A stretch of 32,000 nt of DNA from Candidatus Atelocyanobacterium thalassa isolate ALOHA (GTDB lineage Bacteria; Cyanobacteriota; Cyanobacteriia; Cyanobacteriales; Microcystaceae): positions 971,949 through 1,003,948 of the forward strand of contig NC_013771.1 in the NCBI RefSeq assembly GCF_000025125.1. Direction: 5' to 3'. The notes beneath the pieces were generated by a model. The model ran no database searches, was not told the DNA's origin, and saw only the letters and a program-made list of their open reading frames with translations. Position numbers and translations under genes: made by a program. Positions within the stretch are counted from its first letter, which is position 1. The number at the start of each line of letters is the position of its first letter. This document shows positions 1 through 9,239 of the stretch, piece by piece.

Positions 1-474
1 GTATTAAACTTAAACGAATGTTTAGAGTTATCACTTAGTAATATTAAAGCTCTTTATAGAGAAAAACAGATACCTAGGATTGAAACTAAAAGTTTTTTAA
101 ATAATAGATTACCTTTAGTAAAAGCCGATGGAGAATGGTTAGTAGAAGTTCTAGCAAAGTTACTAGACAATGCATGTAAATTTACTAGCAAAGAAGGAAA
201 AATAACCATAGAAATTAATCAAAATAGTCCTCATTATTTAGAAGTGACCATAGCAGATACTGGAAGAGGTATCGAAACCAAGAAATTAGAGACAATTTTT
301 GATAGGTTTTATCAAGAAGAAGGAGCTTTAAGACGTAGTATCGGAGGAACAGGCTTGGGCTTAGCAATTTGTCGTCAAATAGTTCAAGGTTGGGATGGAG
401 AAATTTGGGCAGAGTCTAAAGGTAAAGAACATGGTAGTCAGTTTCACTTTACAGTCCCCATACATTTGACATAA
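1..474 (+). CDS. Sensor histidine kinase, C-terminal HATPase_c part (5' end outside window)
   Basis: Frame 1 is open from base 1, so the listed ORF 244..474 is only the GTG-delimited tail. The translation carries the N box LDNACKF, G1 box DTGRGI and G2 box GGTGLGLAICRQIV. Stop TAA at 472-474. Confidence 0.85.
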   Translation, partial: VLNLNECLELSLSNIKALYREKQIPRIETKSFLNNRLPLVKADGEWLVEVLAKLLDNACKFTSKEGKITIEINQNSPHYLEVTIADTGRGIETKKLETIFDRFYQEEGALRRSIGGTGLGLAICRQIVQGWDGEIWAESKGKEHGSQFHFTVPIHLT

Positions 475-572
475 CTTAATAATATTAAAAAATACAATTA
501 ATTTTTAGTTTATTTTGAAACTAAAAGCTTGAAATAAAAAAGACAGTGTGTTACGATACTATCTGGTATAAA

Positions 573-653
573 GCGGACGTGGCGGAATTGGTAGACGCGC
601 TAGATTTAGGTTCTAGTGTCCTTGGCGTGAGAGTTCGAGTCTCTCCGTCCGCA
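573..653 (+). tRNA. trnL: tRNA-Leu, anticodon UAG, 81 nt, no encoded CCA, no intron
   Basis: Manual cloverleaf. Acceptor GCGGACG/CGTCCGC plus discriminator A. D arm GCG-GAATTGGTAGA-CGC. Anticodon stem CTAGA/TCTAG with loop TTTAGGT (anticodon TAG). 12-nt long variable arm, typical of class II Leu. T arm GAGAG-TTCGAGT-CTCTC. Confidence 0.9.
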
Positions 654-672
654 TAATCGAAATCACTAGTAA

Positions 673-2433
673 TTATTCTTCTTCATTAAAATCATTAATA
701 GATAATTTTTCTATATTCCAGAATGCTCCTCTTAGTGAAGAGTAGTTAATATCTACAAAACGATTTTTAACTGCCGCAAAAGAATAAGGATTGACTAAAT
801 AAATAAACGGTAAATTTTCTGAGACTACTTCTTGTGCTTCTGCGTAAATTTTTTCTCTTTTTTCAAGAGAAAGTTCTTGAGAGCCAGCCACGTATAAATC
901 TTCTATTCTTTTCTCCCATTCTGATACTGTCCTCCCAGTCAATGACTTTGAATTAGATTGTAATTCTTGATTAAACATATGGAGATTTCCATCTGTATAC
1001 CAAACATTGGGGGAATGTGGTTCATTTCCTCCCGTAAATCCGATAATATTAGCTTCCCAATCCAAAGAGTTACTTAATTTATCTATTAATACATTAAAAG
1101 CAAGAGGGCTAAAATTAACCTTTATCCCTAATTCTCTTAAATCCTCTTTAATTTGTGCACCGATAGCTTCACGAACTTTATTTCCTGCATTAGTTATTAA
1201 ATTAAATTCTACATAGTTACCATTTTTATCTAGTAAATTAGAATCTTTATCATATTTAAAACCTTCTTTTCGTAATAATTCTCTAGATTTCTCGATATCA
1301 TAATCGTAACCTTTGATTGTTTCATCATAATAAGGAGATTGTATAGAAATCTGAGTATCTTGAAAACTTCCTAAGCCTCTATAAATATTATTTATTATTC
1401 GAGTTCTATTAATTCCGTAAGCAATGGCTTTTCTGAAATTTTTGTTATTAAACCAGCTTGATTTAATAGGATCTACCAAAGACTTTCCATCCCTTTTACC
1501 TTCATTAAGATTAAAAGACATAAAGTTAGTCCCATATGAAGGTCCTCCATTATAAATAGTGAAATTATTACGTTTTTCTTCTCTTTTCAAGAGAGAAAAA
1601 TACTCTGGGGTAACACTAATGGAGTCTAAACTTCCAGATCTAAATTGTAACAATGCCGTATCAGTAGATTCTACAATTTCCCAAATAACATTCTCAATAT
1701 TAGGCAATTGTGATCCTTTAGAATCTTTTTTCCAATAATAGGGATTTCTCTCAAAAATAATTCGCTGACTAGTGATATATTTTTTAATCTTAAAAGGACC
1801 ATTAACAATAATATCTTCAGGAGAAGTATCAGTTCCCCAAGTCGATAAAAATTTGGGATTCCCCTTATCATCAATATTCTGCACGCTTTTAAGTAAGACG
1901 TGAGCAGGTAGTATAGGAAGTTGAGCGTTATCTAAGAAAGGGGCGAATGGTTCAGAGATTTTAAATTCAATACGTTGCTGATCAATTTTTCTTATGATTG
2001 GTAATTTTCCACTCTTTCCTACCCTGAAATTGTCTCGATAGTTATTAGGAATTTTTTTATTAAGATATAAATTATTATAAGTAAAAATAATATCATCCAC
2101 AGTCAAATCTTCACCATCAGACCATTTAAGATTTTTCCTTAAGGTAAATATAATATTTAATTTATCATCAGAGATTTTCCAGGACTCTGCAAGTGCTGGT
2201 TCTTTTTTCCCAGTAATAGGATTTTCTGTAATTAACCCTTCATAGGTTAATGAAAAAATATTTGGAGATTCCTGAGATAAAATAGCGTTAAAAGTTTTAG
2301 GATCACTTAAAACAGATAAAACGACTTGATTCTTGTTAGTGTTTGTAACACAAGCATTGAGCTGTAATAAACATATACTGACTAAAACGATCAATAACCA
2401 ACGCAGAAAAATAATATATTTTTTCTTGTACAT
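673..2433 (-). CDS. ABC transporter substrate-binding protein, family 5 (peptide/nickel, OppA/DppA-like), probable lipoprotein
   Basis: 586-aa ORF. The N-terminal hydrophobic segment ends in the lipobox-like LQLNAC. Length and overall sequence pattern match SBP_bac_5 proteins. It sits directly downstream of a DppB-type permease on the same strand. Confidence 0.8.
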   Translation of the reverse strand: MYKKKYIIFLRWLLIVLVSICLLQLNACVTNTNKNQVVLSVLSDPKTFNAILSQESPNIFSLTYEGLITENPITGKKEPALAESWKISDDKLNIIFTLRKNLKWSDGEDLTVDDIIFTYNNLYLNKKIPNNYRDNFRVGKSGKLPIIRKIDQQRIEFKISEPFAPFLDNAQLPILPAHVLLKSVQNIDDKGNPKFLSTWGTDTSPEDIIVNGPFKIKKYITSQRIIFERNPYYWKKDSKGSQLPNIENVIWEIVESTDTALLQFRSGSLDSISVTPEYFSLLKREEKRNNFTIYNGGPSYGTNFMSFNLNEGKRDGKSLVDPIKSSWFNNKNFRKAIAYGINRTRIINNIYRGLGSFQDTQISIQSPYYDETIKGYDYDIEKSRELLRKEGFKYDKDSNLLDKNGNYVEFNLITNAGNKVREAIGAQIKEDLRELGIKVNFSPLAFNVLIDKLSNSLDWEANIIGFTGGNEPHSPNVWYTDGNLHMFNQELQSNSKSLTGRTVSEWEKRIEDLYVAGSQELSLEKREKIYAEAQEVVSENLPFIYLVNPYSFAAVKNRFVDINYSSLRGAFWNIEKLSINDFNEEE

Positions 2434-2549
2434 TCTACTTAAGTGCTTGATTAAGAATATTATCTAGAATATTAATAAAATAAAGTTATGTAAATACAAT
2501 AAAAAAATATATTTTTAAATAAGATTTCTTTTTATATAACTTTATTTTA

Positions 2550-3575
2550 TTAATATCTAATACGAGGATCAATATAGGCATTGAGTAAGTCAACTAAAAT
2601 ACTTACTGAAACTACAATCACAGAAAAAAAGACCATAATTCCCTGAACTGTTGCGTAATCTCTTGCAGCTATTGCTTGATATAAGCTATTACCTAGTCCA
2701 GGCCAAGAAAAAGTCACTTCAGTTAAAACTGCACCACCTAATAAAGAAGAAAAAATTAGACCTAGAATAGTAACAACTGGGATAAGAGCATTCTTAAAAG
2801 CATAGACAAATAAAATTCTATATACAGGTATGCCACGAGCTTTTGCAGCTTCAACATATTTAGCCTTAAGAGTATGCTTAAGGTTCAACCTGACTATCCT
2901 TTCAAAGATACCACTTAGTAATAATCCTAAAGTGATACAAGGCAATATTAGGTGATAAATAGAAGTAAAAAATTGATAGACATCGCCATTTAGAATACTG
3001 TCTAAAGTATAAATTCCTGTTATTTTGCTAGGAGAGATTTTATCTACTGGAAAGCGAGTTCCGAGAGGAAGTAGCTTTAGTTGTACTGCAAAGATTAACT
3101 GAAAAACCATCCCTACCCAAAAAATTGGTAATGAATAAGATATTATTCCGAATAATCGACTAACTAGATCTACTGTAGTATTAGGATTTAATGCTGATAT
3201 GATTCCTGCGGTTACACCAAGAATTATTGCCACAATCATACTATATAGTGTTAATTCAGCAGTAGCAGGGAAATGCTCCTTAATTATTTCCCATACAGGC
3301 TGTCCTTGGTTAACAATAGAAGTTCCTAAATTTAAAAGTAAAAGTTGGCCTAAATAATTTAAGTATTGTAGCCAGAGCGGCTGGTTTAATCCTAAAGTTT
3401 CTCTTAAGTTTTCTTTAGCAAATTCTGGAGCACGATTTCCTAAAATTGCATCAACTGGATCTCCTGTTGCTATTCTTAAAAGCAAAAATACTAGAGTGAC
3501 TATTGTCCATATCATTAAAGGGGCAAGAAGTAAGCGAACAAGAACATAGTTTTGTATTGCTTTAAGACGAGACAT
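2550..3575 (-). CDS. ABC transporter permease (DppB/OppB/NikB type)
   Basis: 341-aa polytopic ORF. The N-terminus MSRLKAIQNYVLVRLLLAPLMIW and the EAA-type loop YVEAAKARGIPVYRILFVYAFKNALIP are typical of binding-protein-dependent permeases. The C-terminal DPRIRY is typical of DppB-like proteins. Confidence 0.85.
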   Translation of the reverse strand: MSRLKAIQNYVLVRLLLAPLMIWTIVTLVFLLLRIATGDPVDAILGNRAPEFAKENLRETLGLNQPLWLQYLNYLGQLLLLNLGTSIVNQGQPVWEIIKEHFPATAELTLYSMIVAIILGVTAGIISALNPNTTVDLVSRLFGIISYSLPIFWVGMVFQLIFAVQLKLLPLGTRFPVDKISPSKITGIYTLDSILNGDVYQFFTSIYHLILPCITLGLLLSGIFERIVRLNLKHTLKAKYVEAAKARGIPVYRILFVYAFKNALIPVVTILGLIFSSLLGGAVLTEVTFSWPGLGNSLYQAIAARDYATVQGIMVFFSVIVVSVSILVDLLNAYIDPRIRY

Positions 3576-4105
3576 TGCAGTAAATAATAGCAGGTATATT
3601 ATGTATATTTTAAAGGCTTTAGTTTAATTTAGTCACTATTTAAAATGCTTAAGCTTTTTATTAATCAAGTTTAAAATGAAGAATCTAATTTTTATTTTTT
3701 TAATCAATATAGATTCAAATATTTTCTATAAAAATAATTAAACTATATACAACTCATACAAAATATATTTATTTACCTATAAAATCTTTAAAAAATATAG
3801 TGGTAATAGATAATAAATATAAATTTCGCATCTGAGATTGAGGAGATTAAATACATAATAAAAACTCATTTCATACACTATTTTATAAAGAATTTATTAG
3901 AACATCTTAAGTGAAAAACTAAAGACCAAAAGATAATCTAAGTTTTTGAATACTCATTAATAAATATATGAAGTTAAAGTAAATACTATAACTTTAAGTA
4001 TGTCTGGTCTTTTATTTAATCTTAAATGAAGAAATTGACAAAAACAGTTAAAATATAAGACTAGTTTAAGATCTAGAGCAAGAAATTCACCTTTCGGTAT
4101 GCTCC

Positions 4106-5239
4106 ATGGCAGCATTTTTCAATAATAACTTTAAAGTTTTAATTCGTCCTTTAAAATATCAGGATCTTGATTGGCTAGAGACCCTAGATATTGAAACAAT
4201 TCAAGTTCAACCAAGTTTAGGTTATATTTCTTTTCGAGAGGAATTAAAACAAACCAGATACTGGTTTAGATTAATAGAAATGTTTAATCAGTTTCCTAAT
4301 TCTTTTAGAAACTACCGTAAAGTTTATATTGCAGAGTTACTGAGCATTTCTGGTGATCCAATATTAAAAGGATTTATTCACATCTCTCCTTTCAATATAA
4401 ATTTAAGTACCTGGCGTATTGAAAGAATTATAGTTGTTTCAGATAAAAAACAATATGAAAAATTGAGCAATCCGAAAGAACTTGGAGCTCAATTATTACG
4501 CTACTGCCTAGGGATTATATGTGAGGCACGAACCTGGATTCTAGAAGTTGATATTAATAAAAATGACTTCTTGGCTTTATATCGTCAAAATGGTTTTCAG
4601 CCTTTAGCTAAACTTACTTATTGGGTACTAGATTCAGAACTACTATGGACTTTGTCACAAAAAAAAATAAATATCCCTAACCTCATGCCTGTTAGTAACT
4701 CTGATGCACATTTACTATGTCAATTAGATTGTGTATCTATGCCTCCTTTGTTACGTCAAGTTTTTGATCGTAATTCTGAAGATTTTAAACAATCTTTATT
4801 GGTATCAATATTTACAAAATGGCAACAGTGGTTCTTTAATAAGGAAATAGCCAAAGGTTATGTTTTTGAACCTCAACGAAAGATAGCAATTGGTTATTTT
4901 AAATTAGTTTTATCGAAAGATAATTCTCAATCACACCAAGCATACCTAACAATTCATCCTGCTTATGCTTGGCTTTATCCAAAGTTATTAGTGCAAGTAG
5001 CACAAATTGCCCAAAAATATCCTAATCAAAATTTAGAAATTGTATCAGCAGATTATCAACATGAAAGGGAAACTTATCTAAATGAACTTGGAGTAAATCG
5101 TACTAAGAGTACTTTATTAATGTCACGTTCTGTATGGCATAAGTTGAAAGAAGTTAAGACCAACGAACTTTATTTATCTGAAATGTTGCAAGGATTACAT
5201 GTAAACCGGAGGAATCCTATTCCTGACAGATTTTTTTAA
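4106..5239 (+). CDS. Conserved hypothetical protein, possibly a tandem GNAT-fold (acetyltransferase-like) protein
   Basis: 377-aa ORF with no competing ORFs. The first half ends in the GNAT-like LALYRQNGFQPL. The second half ends in a similar ETYLNELGVNRTKSTLLMSRSV. The assignment is from motif memory only. Confidence 0.45.
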   Translation: MAAFFNNNFKVLIRPLKYQDLDWLETLDIETIQVQPSLGYISFREELKQTRYWFRLIEMFNQFPNSFRNYRKVYIAELLSISGDPILKGFIHISPFNINLSTWRIERIIVVSDKKQYEKLSNPKELGAQLLRYCLGIICEARTWILEVDINKNDFLALYRQNGFQPLAKLTYWVLDSELLWTLSQKKINIPNLMPVSNSDAHLLCQLDCVSMPPLLRQVFDRNSEDFKQSLLVSIFTKWQQWFFNKEIAKGYVFEPQRKIAIGYFKLVLSKDNSQSHQAYLTIHPAYAWLYPKLLVQVAQIAQKYPNQNLEIVSADYQHERETYLNELGVNRTKSTLLMSRSVWHKLKEVKTNELYLSEMLQGLHVNRRNPIPDRFF

Positions 5240-5421
5240 ACTAAAATATTAATAAAGTTTGTCAAAAAGTTTATTATTAACTGTTCATATTTATACAAAG
5301 TAATCTAATAGTGAAATTTAAATATGGGGAAAATTTACATAACATTATATTTAAAGAAAAATATTACATATTATGTAAATCTTGTTGAATTATTGAGATA
5401 ATATAAAGTCCTAATATTATT

Positions 5422-5784
5422 TTGGTGTTGAAATTTATTGTGTCTCAACTTACTCTTAATTTGGCTCAAGGATCTATAAAGTTTAATTTTCCTTTTGAAG
5501 CTGCACAAGCTTTAAAGGTAGAGATTGATAATTTAATGCAAAAGCTAAAAATAGTTGCATCTAAAATTAATAATGGAGAACAAAAAAAAGCAGAAGAATC
5601 CTTAGACTATCAGTATATAGGAGAAGTATTTATAGAAATTTTTTGCAATCCAAACATTTATCCTACCCCATTTGCCGCGAAAGTATTACTTACTATTCGA
5701 GATGACAAAATTCGTTTTAGTACAGAAACAGAATTGACTCGAATTGTTGATGATTTAAGACAATATTTTGAACAATTGAATTAA
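5422..5784 (+). CDS. Hypothetical protein (about 115-120 aa)
   Basis: The ORF opens with TTG at 5422, and an alternative GTG start lies at 5440. A strong hairpin plus T-run begins 2 nt after the stop, which argues for a real transcription unit. No family recognised. Confidence 0.5.
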   Translation: MVLKFIVSQLTLNLAQGSIKFNFPFEAAQALKVEIDNLMQKLKIVASKINNGEQKKAEESLDYQYIGEVFIEIFCNPNIYPTPFAAKVLLTIRDDKIRFSTETELTRIVDDLRQYFEQLN

Positions 5785-5785
5785 T

Positions 5786-5840
5786 TAATAATATGGGTAA
5801 CCAATGATATGGTCTACCCATATTATTAGTTAATTTTTTT
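5786..5840 (+). terminator. Intrinsic terminator-like hairpin with T-run
   Basis: The 14-bp perfect stem TAATAATATGGGTA (5786-5799) pairs with TACCCATATTATTA (5815-5828). It is extended by ACCA/TGGT (5800-5803 with 5810-5813) around a one-base bulge. A T7 run follows at 5834-5840. It lies between convergent genes (stops at 5784 and 5913). Confidence 0.6.
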
Positions 5841-5912
5841 AGCAATAATAGTTAACTAATTATTATTTTTGATATCAAGTAGAATAATATTTGGACCTGA
5901 TTTAGTGATAAC

Positions 5913-8795
5913 TTATAAATTAGTTTCTTTTTTAAAAATGGAATTCAAGGCCTCGCTTAAAGTTTTTGCCATAACAACTTGATTTTCATAGACAACTATT
6001 ACTCTAACTAAAGTTGGCAAACTATTTTTTTTAGCTTCTAAGTATAATGGTTCAACATAAAGTAGTGACTGCTCTTTGAAAAAAGGAATTACTAAAAGAT
6101 TTCCTTGTATTACTTGTGATTTTTGTCTACTCCATAAAGAGATTTGTTGAGAAATAACTGGATCTTGACTGATCAATGCCTCTACTTGCTCTGGACCGTA
6201 GACAATTCTTTGCTTAGGTAGTCTAAATAAAAGCATTTCACCATAGTTATTTTCATCTGAACGGGCAAATAATCCAGCAACTAAATTATTACGACTAGTA
6301 GGAGTATAAACATTAAATAACATAAATTCTGGTGTATCGTTTGTCAGACTCATTAGTAAGTAATAAGGTTCTACTGGTTGCTGATTTTCTCCATAAATTT
6401 CTTGAGGAATTCGCCACTGATCTTCTCGGTTATAAAAAACTTTAGGATCTGTCATATGATAAGTTAATAACCTTTCTGATTGAGCATTAAACATATCTTT
6501 TGGATAGCGTATATGGTCTTTTATAGAAATAGGGATTTCTTGAAATGGTTTAAAAAGATTCGGAAATATTCTATTCCATGTTTTAATTAGCGGATCATCT
6601 GGATCAATAACATAAAAGCTAATATCTCCATCATAAGCATCAATAACAATTTTTACTGAATTACGAATATAGTTAAAGGGAAAATCTCCTGGTTCAGAAT
6701 AAGGATAACGATTACTAGTTGTATAAGCATCGATCATCCAATACAATTTTGCCTTTTCTAGTTTATTATTTTTTGCTTGTACTTCAGTTGTTACCAAATA
6801 AGGATCATTGTCAAAAAGAAGGAATGGGGCAATTTTTCTTATTCTTTGGTTAATATTACGTCGGAATATCAGTCGAGTATCTGGAGTAAAATTATGAGTG
6901 AAGATCATTTGCCAATCTCTTAAATAATTAGCAAATAAAATCTTTCTAGCCCAATTTTTGATTTTAATTCCTCCCTTGCCATCATAGGTATTATAGACAT
7001 TGTCTTGTCCACTAGGAAAATCTAATTCTTGGACCTCTGTATTAGTCATAATATATGTATTAGTTGATTCTCCAAAATAAATTCTAGGATTATCAATAGA
7101 AGTATTGTCTTCTGAGTTTTCAAAAGTTTTTTCATTTAATATTTTGTTGTTTGTATTGATATTTTGTACGGAATAAAATGGTAATCCGCCTTCATCTACT
7201 TTATTTACTGGCGACAAAGTAAATCCGTAGCCATGTGTATATACTAAATGTTCATTAACCCAAGTTTTTGCAGGTTTTGGAACTTCTTCATAATCCAATT
7301 CTCGAGCCGCAATTAAAACCTGTTCTTTTACGATTTTAGATAAATTATCATTTTCTTCTAATGATATTGAGTAACGATCAATATCTGCATCATTAAATTT
7401 ATAATAAGGTCGGAGTTGTTGTAGCTGACGATTAGTTTGTAATAAAGGACGAGGATCCCATAAACGAATATTATTGATAGTGAGACGGTTTTCGTCTAAA
7501 AATTTCTCAGTTAAGTTTCCAGTTCCATCAAAAGTTTTAATTCTTATCTTATCAAGATTAAAAGCACGTCGAGTTGAGGCGATATTGCGTTTAATATAAG
7601 GAATTTCTTGTGCTAATTCATTAGGTTCTACAATTAAACTTTGTATAACCTCTTGACCAAACCAGGTCATAGGCAAAATAGCTATATACAAAAATAATGG
7701 AGTGTAATAAAAAATACTTTTTGCATTACTTGTCATTCCTCGAAGTAATAATAGTAAAGATAAAATAGTTGCTATTATTGCTGTTAGCGTATAAACAGGG
7801 ATAAGAAAATAAACATCAGTATAGCTAGCTCCAAAAACAACTCCTTTAGTCGAGTATAGTAATTCATATCTAGCTAACCAATGATGAAATGCAATAACTA
7901 ATACAAGTAAGCTACTTAAGGTAAATATATGACGCAATTGTTTCTGAGAAAATCCTGGGAAAATACCATGTCCTATGCTATTTGCTGCCATAAGATAAGT
8001 TAGGACAACCGAAATCAAGCCAAATAAGAACAAACCACTTAACCAAAAATCAATTAACTTCCAAAATGGGAAACTAAAAGTATAAAAACTAATATCTTTA
8101 CCAAATTGAGGATCAGCTTCACCAAAAGGAACAGAATATAAATATTGTAAAACTCTAGACCAATTACTAGATAATATAAGACCTAATGTAAAACCAAAAA
8201 TCAAAGATGTTACTCTAAAAAAAAGTTTTACATTGTATAAAACTAAAATTATAGTTAGTCCAATAATCCCAATTTTCCATAATTGGTTTAATTCTTGAAA
8301 TATAAACTTAAAATTAAAATCTAGAAAAGATAAAGAAGGAAGAGTTGGTATCTCATTTTGTAAAGGGAAATTAAATATCCAAGAATTATAGGCAATTTGA
8401 CAAAAATATGTAAGCATAAACCCTACAATTCCCCCTAACGCCATAACAATCAAAATTAGATGCAATAATCCTAGAGAAAAACAAGGAGGAGAAGAATCAA
8501 GTTGTATAAATTGAGATTTTTTTTTAGGATATATCTTGTGATTTTGAAAAGAGTCACTCCATTTATCATGTTCTGCTTGGTTTAAATTTTTAAATAAAAA
8601 CCATATAGAAAAGCTGCTGATGAATATTAACAAATTTAGCTTCCAAAAAAGCTGTTTTAAAAAAACTTCTAGATAGCCTACTTCTTCAAACCAAAATTTT
8701 TCTACAATAATATAAGAAAATAATTCACAAAGACATCCAATGATTAGTATAGATAAACCAGATTGAATAAAAAAACGTTTTGAAAGTTTTAACAT
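5913..8795 (-). CDS. UPF0182 family large integral membrane protein (function unknown)
   Basis: 960-aa ORF. The N-terminal ~380 aa hold multiple TM helices, followed by a large soluble domain. Motifs VVFGASYTDV, VYTHGYGF and YWMIDAYTTSNRYPYS match my recollection of UPF0182/COG1615 proteins. Confidence 0.65.
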   Translation of the reverse strand: MLKLSKRFFIQSGLSILIIGCLCELFSYIIVEKFWFEEVGYLEVFLKQLFWKLNLLIFISSFSIWFLFKNLNQAEHDKWSDSFQNHKIYPKKKSQFIQLDSSPPCFSLGLLHLILIVMALGGIVGFMLTYFCQIAYNSWIFNFPLQNEIPTLPSLSFLDFNFKFIFQELNQLWKIGIIGLTIILVLYNVKLFFRVTSLIFGFTLGLILSSNWSRVLQYLYSVPFGEADPQFGKDISFYTFSFPFWKLIDFWLSGLFLFGLISVVLTYLMAANSIGHGIFPGFSQKQLRHIFTLSSLLVLVIAFHHWLARYELLYSTKGVVFGASYTDVYFLIPVYTLTAIIATILSLLLLLRGMTSNAKSIFYYTPLFLYIAILPMTWFGQEVIQSLIVEPNELAQEIPYIKRNIASTRRAFNLDKIRIKTFDGTGNLTEKFLDENRLTINNIRLWDPRPLLQTNRQLQQLRPYYKFNDADIDRYSISLEENDNLSKIVKEQVLIAARELDYEEVPKPAKTWVNEHLVYTHGYGFTLSPVNKVDEGGLPFYSVQNINTNNKILNEKTFENSEDNTSIDNPRIYFGESTNTYIMTNTEVQELDFPSGQDNVYNTYDGKGGIKIKNWARKILFANYLRDWQMIFTHNFTPDTRLIFRRNINQRIRKIAPFLLFDNDPYLVTTEVQAKNNKLEKAKLYWMIDAYTTSNRYPYSEPGDFPFNYIRNSVKIVIDAYDGDISFYVIDPDDPLIKTWNRIFPNLFKPFQEIPISIKDHIRYPKDMFNAQSERLLTYHMTDPKVFYNREDQWRIPQEIYGENQQPVEPYYLLMSLTNDTPEFMLFNVYTPTSRNNLVAGLFARSDENNYGEMLLFRLPKQRIVYGPEQVEALISQDPVISQQISLWSRQKSQVIQGNLLVIPFFKEQSLLYVEPLYLEAKKNSLPTLVRVIVVYENQVVMAKTLSEALNSIFKKETNL

Positions 8796-9129
8796 TGTAT
8801 AAAAATTAGAGTTTTAAATACAGGAATTACAAATCACGAAGGAAGTTAAGATTAATTTTCTTATTTGTGTTTTAGTATATAGTGCCTATAAATAATATGT
8901 TAGTGCCTAATTATTTATATAAGAATGAGATACAGCTTACTAATATATCTAGTAGATTATAAGTTTTACAACTTATCTTGGTAAAGTTACTATAAAAACT
9001 GACTGATATTCAATGAAGGTAATACCTTAATATACAAACAGATAAATTTTTAAAGATTTAAATTATTGAAGTAATTTTTATTGATAATGAGCTATGTATA
9101 GCTGCATATTATAATTAATCGTACAAACA

Positions 9130-9190
9130 TAAAAAATATAAATCATACTTTATAGAAAAATTTTCCATAAAATATGATTTATATTTTTTA
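9130..9190 (-). terminator. Long AT-rich hairpin 50 nt downstream of the rpoC1 stop (terminator candidate)
   Basis: The 18-bp perfect inverted repeat TAAAAAATATAAATCATA (9130-9147) pairs with TATGATTTATATTTTTTA (9173-9190). The 25-nt spacer is itself nearly palindromic. There is no clear U-tract after the stem on the minus strand. Confidence 0.45.
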
Positions 9191-9239
9191 AATAACTTTA
9201 AAATAATCTTTCTATGTAATAGAAATACAATACATAAGA

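Noticed and set aside
503-526. 9-bp hairpin TTTTAGTTT-N6-AAACTAAAA after the histidine kinase stop
   Set aside because: It is almost pure A-T, short and has no trailing T-run. It is within chance expectation for this base composition.
573-653. Checked tRNA-Leu for the cyanobacterial group I intron
   Set aside because: That intron is characteristic of tRNA-Leu(UAA). This gene has anticodon UAG and an uninterrupted 7-nt anticodon loop.
1007-1216. 69-aa plus-strand ORF from the ORF track
   Set aside because: It lies entirely antisense inside the well-supported 586-aa binding-protein gene. Its composition is low-complexity and no motif was recognised.
1671-1874. 67-aa minus-strand ORF from the ORF track
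   Set aside because: It is an alternative frame inside the binding-protein gene, with no independent support.
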